A stretch of 33,875 bases of DNA from a virus (lineage: Duplodnaviria; Caudoviricetes), in IMG/VR virus record IMGVR_UViG_3300038520_000703, positions 1 through 33,875 of that record. The stretch is one strand, 5' to 3'. The notes beneath the pieces were generated by a model. That model was not told the origin of the DNA and ran no database searches. It saw nothing but the letters and a program-made list of their open reading frames with translations. Of the stretch, positions 18,987 to 27,149 are shown piece after piece (position 1 is the stretch's first letter; every line of letters begins with the position of its first letter). The position numbers and the translations under genes were made by a program.

Positions 18987-19626
18987 TATCTTGAGTACTT
19001 AGTTGTTGAATATTAAATGTTCTTGAGCCTCCTGTGTGATCAAGATAGAAATATCCACCTGCTGACGCTGTAACTCCTGTACCCGTATAAGTAACCGTAT
19101 TATCAGAACCATCTATATCCATATAATTAGTAGCACCATCTATATTTATGTTTGATGTAACTGTGTTATTTGAACCGTTAATTATCCAGTCTAAGTCAAG
19201 AGAAGCTGCTAATGCTGTGGTACCTTGATTTAAAGTAAATGTATTACCGCTTCCTGTAACATCTACATTTTGGTTAGATCCATCAGCACTATAAGTATCT
19301 GTGGGGTCAACTTGAATAGTAAATGTATTAGTACCGCCATCAAACTCATAAAAGCCAGTAAAGTTATCAGCAAATATATCGCCAAGAAACTTGTTAGTTG
19401 CACCTATCATGTTTATATCAAGTGTCATACTATTACCATCTAAATCAAAAGGATTTAGACTACCAGCAGTTGAGTTTAATCCGCCTATAATATTAGAAAT
19501 ACCTAGTTGCTCTAAGTCTATATTAGCTCCAGTACCAGATTGATCTACGTATATTTCGTTATCAGCCGCGTATGTTGTCAACGCACTCATCATCACAATC
19601 AGGCACGTCAATTTCTTTATTTTCAT
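18895..19626 (-). CDS. Secreted curlin-like (CsgA/CsgB-like) beta-repeat protein
   Basis: Signal peptide; NEIYVDQSG, NIDLEQLGISN and repeated G-x-x-N-T-[FV]-T; N/D/G/T-rich; directly downstream of csgG. Confidence 0.65.
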   Translation of the reverse strand: MKIKKLTCLIVMMSALTTYAADNEIYVDQSGTGANIDLEQLGISNIIGGLNSTAGSLNPFDLDGNSMTLDINMIGATNKFLGDIFADNFTGFYEFDGGTNTFTIQVDPTDTYSADGSNQNVDVTGSGNTFTLNQGTTALAASLDLDWIINGSNNTVTSNINIDGATNYMDIDGSDNTVTYTGTGVTASAGGYFYLDHTGGSRTFNIQQLSTQDNDWLKIISVSGTAASTVCVVQNDQGTSTSC

Positions 19627-20464
19627 TATTTAATTCTACTCCTTGGTTATCATTTTGTAAAACCCAGAAACCACGATCATAACCAGTGTTAATGATTTCT
19701 AGCACACCTCCTTCTATAGCTTTCATCAAAGCTATGGTTGATGACTCATTTCTTGCGTTGCCTAGTTCTATTTCTACTAGTTCGCTTTCAGCTTCAACAA
19801 ATCTAAATACATCTTCAGATTTGCCATAACTAAATATTGTTTTTTGACTTAATACCTCTAACAACACTTCTCCTGTGGCTACTGATACCATACGCATACT
19901 TATCGTTATGTTGTCCTCTCTATACATAACGCTTTTGCCTATTCCTAAATACCTGGCTCCTGCACCACCACTTTCTAAATTTGTTTCATAAGATATTACA
20001 GCACCTTCAATTAATATACCTGCAAATAATAAAGGTCTAAGTGCTTGTTTTTTAACTTCTTCATCAGTCGATTGTTCTCTTGCTGATCTTATAAGTTGTC
20101 TTTCTTTGGTAAGATTATCCAAACCTACTCTTTCTACAACCCTAAAAAACTTACCGTCTCCTGCATGTTTTAAGGCTCTGATAAGTAACGCATTTGGTTG
20201 TTGAGTTATAGCTGTGCTAAACAAAGCAAACTCACTATTACTTTTACGTTGTCCAGTTTGATCTGAAAATGAAGTAGGATACACAGCAACTACAGGACTT
20301 ACCTTTGGTATAGGCACATTTTTAAGTTCTGCTGATTGCAGGTCTTGAATTGTTGCTATGTCTTGAGAAAACCTTTGTTCGTAAGTATCTTCAAATTGAT
20401 CAAATATAGAACAACTAGAAAGTAAAAGTACCAATAGGAATAACGATCGTTGTAATTGTACCAT
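19562..20464 (-). CDS. csgG: Curli secretion outer-membrane lipoprotein CsgG
   Basis: Lipobox LLSSC; DQTGQRK, FSTAITQ, VERVGLDNLTKERQLIR, GGAGARYLGIG and VATGEVL all align with CsgG motifs. Confidence 0.93.
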   Translation of the reverse strand: MVQLQRSLFLLVLLLSSCSIFDQFEDTYEQRFSQDIATIQDLQSAELKNVPIPKVSPVVAVYPTSFSDQTGQRKSNSEFALFSTAITQQPNALLIRALKHAGDGKFFRVVERVGLDNLTKERQLIRSAREQSTDEEVKKQALRPLLFAGILIEGAVISYETNLESGGAGARYLGIGKSVMYREDNITISMRMVSVATGEVLLEVLSQKTIFSYGKSEDVFRFVEAESELVEIELGNARNESSTIALMKAIEGGVLEIINTGYDRGFWVLQNDNQGVELNNENKEIDVPDCDDECVDNIRG

Positions 20465-20927
20465 CTTGCTCGGTTATAGTTAGGGTTAAAGTTACACCAT
20501 CACTTGTGTACTCAATAGTATTCCCCTCTAAAGTGATGACACCTTCGCTTTGCGGTGTTTCTCCGAATAAGTTATTTACTAACTGTCTTGATAGTTCTGC
20601 ATAAACCCTAGATTCAAGATTACGCATAAACCTTGCAAGAGTAGAATTTTCTTTTTCTCTCTTGATTTCATCTTGTAACGCTTTTATTTCCTCTTTGATT
20701 GTTAGCTTACGAGTATATTCTTGATTTTCTATTGTAAGGTAATGACTAGATGTTCCAACGCCGTTAAAACTTGGAGACTTAAATTTATGAGTTATGGTAT
20801 CAGCAGCTAAATTCATGCCTAAAATCGCTGAAAACATAATAGCACCTATAAAAAATACCCATACAGCTATTTTGGTTTTTACAATTTCCTCTTCCATTCG
20901 TTCTTGTTTAGTCTTTTCTTTGATCAT
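20415..20927 (-). CDS. csgF: Curli assembly protein CsgF
   Basis: Hydrophobic leader then DTITHKFKSPSFNG (compare CsgF GTMTFQFRNPNFGG); F..NLESRVYA.LS and C-terminal DG..TTI.IP; upstream of csgG. Confidence 0.85.
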   Translation of the reverse strand: MIKEKTKQERMEEEIVKTKIAVWVFFIGAIMFSAILGMNLAADTITHKFKSPSFNGVGTSSHYLTIENQEYTRKLTIKEEIKALQDEIKREKENSTLARFMRNLESRVYAELSRQLVNNLFGETPQSEGVITLEGNTIEYTSDGVTLTLTITEQDGTITTIVIPIGTFTF

Positions 20928-21258
20928 CTCTACCTGCTTTGGCTATTTTTCCACTATCAATTAAGTTAGGTACACCTAAAATAGTTTTTATTAAAGTATC
21001 TTGACGTATTATTTCGTTATCTAAACTACGCACCCTATCTATTAATGCTACCAAAATACCGTGTTGTGAATCAAGTTTTGTGCCAAGTCTTTCTTCTATT
21101 GCGGCTATTTGTGCTTCTACTTTTTCATCAACGGTATCAAGTTTAGTTTCCATACCATCAACAATACGCATAATTAGTTTATAGATAAACCAGCCAAGTC
21201 CTAAGGCTGCTGCAATAGGAAAGCCAACTTCTTGAATTAAAGTAACGGCTGATTCCAT
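20908..21258 (-). CDS. Single-TM plus coiled-coil protein (YvrJ/BhlA-like)
   Basis: IQEVGFPIAAALGLGWFIY N-terminal TM segment. Confidence 0.55.
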   Translation of the reverse strand: MESAVTLIQEVGFPIAAALGLGWFIYKLIMRIVDGMETKLDTVDEKVEAQIAAIEERLGTKLDSQHGILVALIDRVRSLDNEIIRQDTLIKTILGVPNLIDSGKIAKAGRDDQRKD

Positions 21259-21638
21259 TAATAATCACCCCAAACTTTTTTCTTTTTGCCTCCGTCATAT
21301 TCCACGGCATGACCTTCTTTGATTAGTACCTGGCAAATATCTCTGCCATCCTCTGTGTATGGTATGCCGAGTATTCGGCCATACTTACCTTTACCCAAGG
21401 ATTTTACTTTAAAGTTACCGATACAAAGCTCTTGTAACCGTGATTTGGCTGCTAAGCCTAGTTTTTTTTCTGCTAAATCTCTTGTACGGCTTTCTGGAGT
21501 ATCTATACCTGCAAGTCTGACACGCTGTTTATGTAACTTCACATCAAAACCAAGATCAAGACAACAATCAAAGGTGTCCCCATCCACAATACGTTCTAGT
21601 GTAGCGTTATAAACAAACGCATCAGGTGATTTAGCCAT
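21258..21638 (-). CDS. Thermonuclease (staphylococcal nuclease-like)
   Basis: IVDGDT, RVRLAGIDTPE and GKYGRILG; no signal peptide. Confidence 0.9.
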   Translation of the reverse strand: MAKSPDAFVYNATLERIVDGDTFDCCLDLGFDVKLHKQRVRLAGIDTPESRTRDLAEKKLGLAAKSRLQELCIGNFKVKSLGKGKYGRILGIPYTEDGRDICQVLIKEGHAVEYDGGKKKKVWGDY

Positions 21639-21799
21639 TAGGATTCTTTAGATTTTTTAACTCTCTTAGTTGTCCAAGCTTCATTTACATCAGGTGTTGA
21701 TTTATCATCACCTACATAATGTCCTTTTTTGTTCCTAGCTCTTACTTTAATTTTTTCAGTACCAGTAATTTTACCCCACATTTTGCTTAACCAACTCAT
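21638..21799 (-). CDS. 53-aa basic hypothetical protein (MSWLSKMWGKITG...RARNKKGHYVGDDKSTPDVNEAW...)
   Basis: Translated by hand. ATGA and TAATG coupling on both sides. Confidence 0.75.
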   Translation of the reverse strand: MSWLSKMWGKITGTEKIKVRARNKKGHYVGDDKSTPDVNEAWTTKRVKKSKES

Positions 21800-21960
21800 C
21801 CTTTATCCTTTGCTTTAAGCACATTTAATGCACACCAATCTATTACTTTGTATAAGTAACTAAACCAATGATTATCTTTTGGTGTAGGTGTTATTGCTGC
21901 TACAACAGAAGCTATAGATATAATTGCAGTGACCCACGCTAATATATTAAGTATTGTCAT
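21796..21960 (-). CDS. 54-aa small membrane protein (MTILNILAWVTAIISIASVVAAITPTPKDN...), holin-like candidate
   Basis: Translated by hand. GAGGAGG RBS; TM segment followed by TPTPKD. Confidence 0.75.
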   Translation of the reverse strand: MTILNILAWVTAIISIASVVAAITPTPKDNHWFSYLYKVIDWCALNVLKAKDKG

Positions 21961-22195
21961 TTTGATCCTCCTCTGGATTATTTAAGACTTCATCTGCTTT
22001 TTCTTTAGCAGACTCTATAAATGCGTTTTGAAACACACTTAAACTGGCGTTAACTTGGTCAAGTTCAAACTGTATGCGTTTTTGTTTATTCGTTAAATCT
22101 AATATTTGACTATGAAAATATTTTTGTTCGTTAGTAAGATCACTTACTTTTACTTCTTTGTCATTAAGCATAACTACTGGTTCTTGCGTAGCCAT
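21947..22195 (-). CDS. Small coiled-coil hypothetical protein
   Basis: 82 aa, in operon context after the tail fibre genes. Confidence 0.6.
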   Translation of the reverse strand: MATQEPVVMLNDKEVKVSDLTNEQKYFHSQILDLTNKQKRIQFELDQVNASLSVFQNAFIESAKEKADEVLNNPEEDQNDNT

Positions 22196-22196
22196 A

Positions 22197-22544
22197 TTAA
22201 GAGCTCAAAACTTTTTGTACAGAAGTTGGCGTAACTTTTTCAGCTATACTTGCGTCTAGTCCTGCTTTCATACTAGTAACTTTGTCGCTACCTAATGCTG
22301 TTTCTACCCAGCCTTGTACATCACTATTAGTAAGACTAGACCAGTTTTTAAAACTAGATAAATCAGATGTATCTAATGACTGTGCTCCATAATAAGATTC
22401 TGTCCAATTATTTCCATCACTGTCTTTATTAGTATCATCTGTAGCAGTTAATCTCCAATGTACTGTGTGTACGACATTTGATTTACCACTTTTTGTAGGG
22501 TATGTATCACAAGTTTTTACATCCCAAGTGTATGATATTGCCAT
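22197..22544 (-). CDS. Tail-fibre-associated protein
   Basis: Immediately follows the fibre; YTW....D......NVV..VHW pattern; AAGGAG RBS. Confidence 0.55.
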   Translation of the reverse strand: MAISYTWDVKTCDTYPTKSGKSNVVHTVHWRLTATDDTNKDSDGNNWTESYYGAQSLDTSDLSSFKNWSSLTNSDVQGWVETALGSDKVTSMKAGLDASIAEKVTPTSVQKVLSS

Positions 22545-22545
22545 A

Positions 22546-24912
22546 TTATTCTCCTTTTAAAATATTGATTTCAGATTGTAAGGTATTAATCTGTTCTTGT
22601 TGTTCTTGTATTGCTTTTATGAGTGGTGTTACTACTTTGCTGTAATCCATTGAGTAATAACCCTCTTCATTAACATTTACTGCATAAGGTATTAGTTCTT
22701 CAACTTCTTGTGCTATTAAGCCATCTTGAATTTCGCCACCATCTTTCCATTCGAAGTTTACTGGATTTAATTTATTAACTATTTCTAAACCTTTTGCTTC
22801 ACCTAAAATATTTTTAAGTCTTGCATCTGAACCCGTGCCATAAGTTACTGTAGAGTTATTGTAAGAAATCTGACTAACAGTTGAGCCGCCATTTTTAAAT
22901 CTAATCGGATCTGAGGTGTTAGTTGTAGAAGCTCTGTTAATAGTTAATACTGGTGCATTATCATCTTCATCTGGTTGTATACTGAGAGCTCCAGCAGCTC
23001 CAGCAGACGTTCCTCCAATAATTACATCTCCGTCACTATTGATTCTCATTTTTTCACTACCAGCAGTTTGAAAAGCGTGATATGGATTTCCACCACTTTC
23101 TGTATCTTGTGCATCAAATACTACACCAGCATCTTGTTGACCGCCACTAGCAGCAGTTTGTATTGATAAGCCTCTACCTGAGTTAGAACCACCTGTAATT
23201 ACTACGTGTTCTGAATTTACTGAACCTCTAACATCTAGTCTTGCTGTAGGTGTGTGTGATCCTATTGCACAAAGACCTCCTTCTGACATATCAAAACTAA
23301 TAGCTGTTACTGTAGAACCTCCATCATTACCTCTAATTTTAAAATCTGCGTCAGATACTCTTGAAATCAATTCAGGACCGCTCGAGTCTTGTTGTATATC
23401 TAAAAAAGTTCCAACACCACCATCTTTAAACAGTATGTTACCTCCATCTGCATCAAGAATAATATCTCCTGCTGCATCAACTGTTACATCACTACTAGTA
23501 AAAAGCATCCTTTGTGAACCATTAGTAATAACTTGAAAATTATCATCCGTTAAAGTTCCAACACTTGATACTCCACCAGTATTACCTAAATAAAGTTGGT
23601 CAGCACTTGAAGTTCCTGTATTAACTCGTAAACCATTATTTCCTGTGGTTAGCAAGTCTAAAATATAAGTGCCACCAGTGGCTCCAATAGCTACGGTGCC
23701 ATTTGAATTTATACGCATTCTTTCCGTTGATGCTGTATTGTTAGCACTTGCTGTTCCAAATCTTATTTCAGAACCACCATCAGCACCCCTAAGAGCTATA
23801 GATGCGTGAGATTTGGCTGTATTTACAAAAGAGCCTGTATTTGGATTTCTTTGTGTATTTAACTGTAAAGATACGCTGTCAAAGTCAACAAAACCAGCAT
23901 TAGTTGTGCCACCTATTTGTATGGCACCAGCACTATCGATACGCATTCTTTCCGTTGGAGCTGAACCTGGACCTGTGCCTGTTGGTTTTGTATTGAAAGC
24001 CAAGTTTGTAGCTTCTGTACTACCACTAAAATCTTCAGCAGCAATACCAACTATTGATGCTCCTGCAGCAGCATTACTATTAGCACTATCTGCACCTTTC
24101 CAACCTATTGAACCTAAAGTTTCTCCATCGCTAGGATAGCTACCATCTTCTTTATTTAACTGTATGCCGCCATTACCGTCACCAGTTAATATAACTAACC
24201 CTTTATTAGTAGCTGTGTGTGCTGCTGAATACCCTATACCTATATTATCTAAACCACCATCAACAAACAAAGCATGAGTTTGTCCATTTGATTCAACTCT
24301 AAAATCTACATCAGCACTATCTTCGTTAAATACAGCACCTCCATCTTGGGTTAAAGCTCCATCAATATCTACTACATCTAAGTTAGCTGTGCCATCTACA
24401 TCTATTGAACCAGCTAAATCTATATCACCATTTACAATTAAATCGTCTGTAACTGTTAAGTCATCTTCTACTTTTAAATCTACTACATTTAAACTAGCAA
24501 AAGCATCAACTATTGCTGCACCTGAACCTGCACCGTCTGAATATACTACTTTTACATCACCTGCTGGTATGGTTACATTAGCACCACTACCTTGAGAAAT
24601 AATTATGTTTTGTGAGCCTGATGTTCCATTTTCTATAAACCAAAGTTTTGATACTGTATTTGGACCAATAGTAATAGTACAAGCACTATCAAGAGTACCT
24701 GTGTATTTTAAATAAATTGATCTACCTGGATCAGTAGAACCATCTGCTATTGTAGTTGTATGTGTATCGGCGTTAGTGGTTATCGCCTCTGTACCAAAGC
24801 TAAAAGCCTCAGCAATAAGTTCTAAGTTTGTGTTCGTAGATGTGCCCCAGGTTCCTGATTCATCACCTGTCGCTATTTCTTTTAACCTTAAATCATTTAC
24901 ATAAGTTGCCAT
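22546..24912 (-). CDS. Tail fibre / receptor-binding protein with C-terminal peptidase S74 intramolecular chaperone
   Basis: GDESGTWG..TNTN anchor; E[RK]MRI.S.G repeats; SDARLK...GLIAQEV...DYSK..LIKAIQE. Confidence 0.88.
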   Translation of the reverse strand: MATYVNDLRLKEIATGDESGTWGTSTNTNLELIAEAFSFGTEAITTNADTHTTTIADGSTDPGRSIYLKYTGTLDSACTITIGPNTVSKLWFIENGTSGSQNIIISQGSGANVTIPAGDVKVVYSDGAGSGAAIVDAFASLNVVDLKVEDDLTVTDDLIVNGDIDLAGSIDVDGTANLDVVDIDGALTQDGGAVFNEDSADVDFRVESNGQTHALFVDGGLDNIGIGYSAAHTATNKGLVILTGDGNGGIQLNKEDGSYPSDGETLGSIGWKGADSANSNAAAGASIVGIAAEDFSGSTEATNLAFNTKPTGTGPGSAPTERMRIDSAGAIQIGGTTNAGFVDFDSVSLQLNTQRNPNTGSFVNTAKSHASIALRGADGGSEIRFGTASANNTASTERMRINSNGTVAIGATGGTYILDLLTTGNNGLRVNTGTSSADQLYLGNTGGVSSVGTLTDDNFQVITNGSQRMLFTSSDVTVDAAGDIILDADGGNILFKDGGVGTFLDIQQDSSGPELISRVSDADFKIRGNDGGSTVTAISFDMSEGGLCAIGSHTPTARLDVRGSVNSEHVVITGGSNSGRGLSIQTAASGGQQDAGVVFDAQDTESGGNPYHAFQTAGSEKMRINSDGDVIIGGTSAGAAGALSIQPDEDDNAPVLTINRASTTNTSDPIRFKNGGSTVSQISYNNSTVTYGTGSDARLKNILGEAKGLEIVNKLNPVNFEWKDGGEIQDGLIAQEVEELIPYAVNVNEEGYYSMDYSKVVTPLIKAIQEQQEQINTLQSEINILKGE

Positions 24913-24915
24913 ATT

Positions 24916-25677
24916 CTATGCTACCTCTTCCCAATTTGGGGTCTGTGTTTCATTTATTTCAGCAAAGGATGAACTTTGGTCAGTATTTATATTAGCATAA
25001 TTTTTCGTTTGTGTATCATCTATTAGCGACCAGATTAATACTTTACCTACCTGGCCTGTACCAAATACGCCAACTAAGGTTACAGTAGCCTTAGATATTG
25101 TTGTTACAGATCCAACGGCACCAGTGGCAGAAACACCATCAATATTAAACCTTGCGTTATGATGAACTGTTACAGATCCTACAGCAGAAGTAGCTGCAAG
25201 TCCTGAAATTACTACATTTGCCTCTCCATCAACATCTACACTAACGCTACCAAGTGTGGCTACGGCACTAGGAGCGTTTGCAACAGCATCACCGTTTACC
25301 CCAACCCCGCCAACTGCGGTTGTGCCTACTTGTGAACTAGGAGTTACATTTGCTTTAGCGACAACGCTAAGAGATCCTACAGCACTTGTACCAACTTGTG
25401 TAGATAGCGTAACATTAGCCTTTGCTACAACCGTGGCTGTGCCGAGAGCAGAAGTAGATGTTTGTCCAGTAAGAGTAAGATTAGCTTCACAATCAAAAGT
25501 AGGGGTACCTACTGCTGTGGTACCAACTTGTGATGATGGAGTAACGTTGGCTTTTGCTACAACAGATACAGTGCCCAAAGCACTTGTTGCAGCTAATCCA
25601 GATAAACTAACTGGTATAGGTTCGCCCCAAGTACCTTCACCCCAGGTACCTCGACCCCAACCAGTAATATTAGCCAT
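24916..25677 (-). CDS. Thr/Val/Ala/Gly-rich repetitive virion protein
   Basis: N-terminal GWGRGTWGEGTWG; approximately 21-aa repeats (VVAKANVTPSSQVGTTAVG). Confidence 0.6.
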   Translation of the reverse strand: MANITGWGRGTWGEGTWGEPIPVSLSGLAATSALGTVSVVAKANVTPSSQVGTTAVGTPTFDCEANLTLTGQTSTSALGTATVVAKANVTLSTQVGTSAVGSLSVVAKANVTPSSQVGTTAVGGVGVNGDAVANAPSAVATLGSVSVDVDGEANVVISGLAATSAVGSVTVHHNARFNIDGVSATGAVGSVTTISKATVTLVGVFGTGQVGKVLIWSLIDDTQTKNYANINTDQSSSFAEINETQTPNWEEVA

Positions 25678-25688
25678 AATTGGCTAAA

Positions 25689-26117
25689 CTAGGCTATTCT
25701 AATAATAGCTGTACTAGCTGCTGCTGCTGGAAAAACAATGGTAAAATCACCTGCTGTTGATGTCTTGTCACCACCAAAGTCAATTGTTGCTACAGATTTA
25801 TTACTATCGCTTGAATTATAAATCATGCAACCTCTAGCTGTAACGGTAGCTGTACCAAAAGTTAAATCAGCAAAATCAGTAAATCCTGTAGTGCCGCTTG
25901 ATGTAGGATCTACTCTAGTTAAATTACTACCGCCAGATGTGTAATTAGTACCACTTGCTTGTCCTGTTGTAGTAAAAGCTGTAGTAGTTGCACCTAAGGT
26001 AGCAGAGCTTGTGTATAAAGCTAATTTAAAAGTATCTCCGCCTGAGTTTTTAAAGTTATGCACAGCTTCAAGTAGTTCTTTTTTAAAGCTAGTGGTTAAT
26101 GTTGATGTAATAGCCAT
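25689..26117 (-). CDS. Virion structural (tail-associated) protein
   Basis: SFK.ELL...H.F....FKLALYTS.A...GT.Y..GG pattern common in phage tail modules. Confidence 0.6.
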   Translation of the reverse strand: MAITSTLTTSFKKELLEAVHNFKNSGGDTFKLALYTSSATLGATTTAFTTTGQASGTNYTSGGSNLTRVDPTSSGTTGFTDFADLTFGTATVTARGCMIYNSSDSNKSVATIDFGGDKTSTAGDFTIVFPAAAASTAIIRIA

Positions 26118-26118
26118 A

Positions 26119-26418
26119 TTAAATCCTTTTTATAATATCTGCTAACTCTGCGTCTCCTTGTTTAATGAAATCTTGTATCAGAGTAGCTTTATAGGATTTT
26201 AACGCATTTTTTATATAAATCAAACAAACCTTGTAAATCAAATCTTTATATGCTTTAGCTTGCTCCTTTATATAGGGATCTTCGCTATCACTACCGCTTA
26301 CTATTTTTTCTGTTAATCTTTCTGCCCAAAACTCTGGAGGATGACCGCCATAATTAGAAGTTTTGGCTTCTATTAAGCCTAAACTAGGCATACCTGCTGG
26401 TGTTATTTTTTCTACCAT
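26119..26418 (-). CDS. Phage hypothetical protein
   Basis: 99 aa, coupled in the operon; GHPPEFWAER. Confidence 0.6.
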   Translation of the reverse strand: MVEKITPAGMPSLGLIEAKTSNYGGHPPEFWAERLTEKIVSGSDSEDPYIKEQAKAYKDLIYKVCLIYIKNALKSYKATLIQDFIKQGDAELADIIKRI

Positions 26419-27143
26419 TTTTTTGGTTCTGGAGGTTTTAAGTGCGAATCATGCCTATCTATAAGTACAGGCTCTTGTTTCTTTTTTACAATATCTAAGG
26501 TATCAATTCTTTCTAATTTAATACCGTCTTCTCCAACTAAAATTATGTAAGGATTTTTTAATCTATGATAACCATACAACTTTTGTTCTGCTGGAACGTC
26601 TGTATCTAATAAGCCTGAACTGTGAGCCACTTCTACCTGCATACCAGCAGAAATACATTTGCTTAACCAAAACTCCACACACCCTCTACCTGCTTCTGCA
26701 AAGTGTAAATTACCTTTGTAACTAAAATCTATACCAAACATTTTAAGATTAGCTACCTCGTTCCAATAAGCAAAAGCTACTGCGTATGCAACTGTGTTGT
26801 TTAGGTAGTGGCAATTTGAATATTGCACAACCTCTTCCAATGGAAACTCTACAAGACCAGGACATCTATCATCTAACTCACAAGTATATATAGGACCCTC
26901 ATGTTCTTGCAACATGTCCGCCATACTTTTAGTTTGGCCTCCTGCATCATCTGTATCTAAAAATCTTGATGCGGGATCCATCATAAATACCCTATCGTGA
27001 TAAATAACCGAAGCTACGCCATTTATGGCCCAAACCTCATCAAAGTGTACGCCGTGTGATTTTGCCAGATTATAATCAAACCAGCTTTTGCCCATACCAA
27101 CTATAGCAACTGATTTGCCCTTAAGACTTTCTATTTGTTTCAT
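26412..27143 (-). CDS. Sialyltransferase/Maf (MptE-like) fold putative glycosyltransferase
   Basis: VAIVGMGKS...WAIN and TVAYAVAFA.....LKMFGIDFSY motifs. Confidence 0.55.
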   Translation of the reverse strand: MKQIESLKGKSVAIVGMGKSWFDYNLAKSHGVHFDEVWAINGVASVIYHDRVFMMDPASRFLDTDDAGGQTKSMADMLQEHEGPIYTCELDDRCPGLVEFPLEEVVQYSNCHYLNNTVAYAVAFAYWNEVANLKMFGIDFSYKGNLHFAEAGRGCVEFWLSKCISAGMQVEVAHSSGLLDTDVPAEQKLYGYHRLKNPYIILVGEDGIKLERIDTLDIVKKKQEPVLIDRHDSHLKPPEPKKW

Positions 27144-27149
27144 AACTTT

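Noticed and set aside
16107-20927. Host DNA contamination or prophage boundary
   Set aside because: The cassette overlaps phage-context genes at both ends, shares their strand and has similar AT-richness; no integrase, att or IS signs are visible.
22546-24912. Diversity-generating retroelement or invertase acting on the tail fibre
   Set aside because: No reverse transcriptase, template/variable repeat pair or recombinase with inverted sites in the window.
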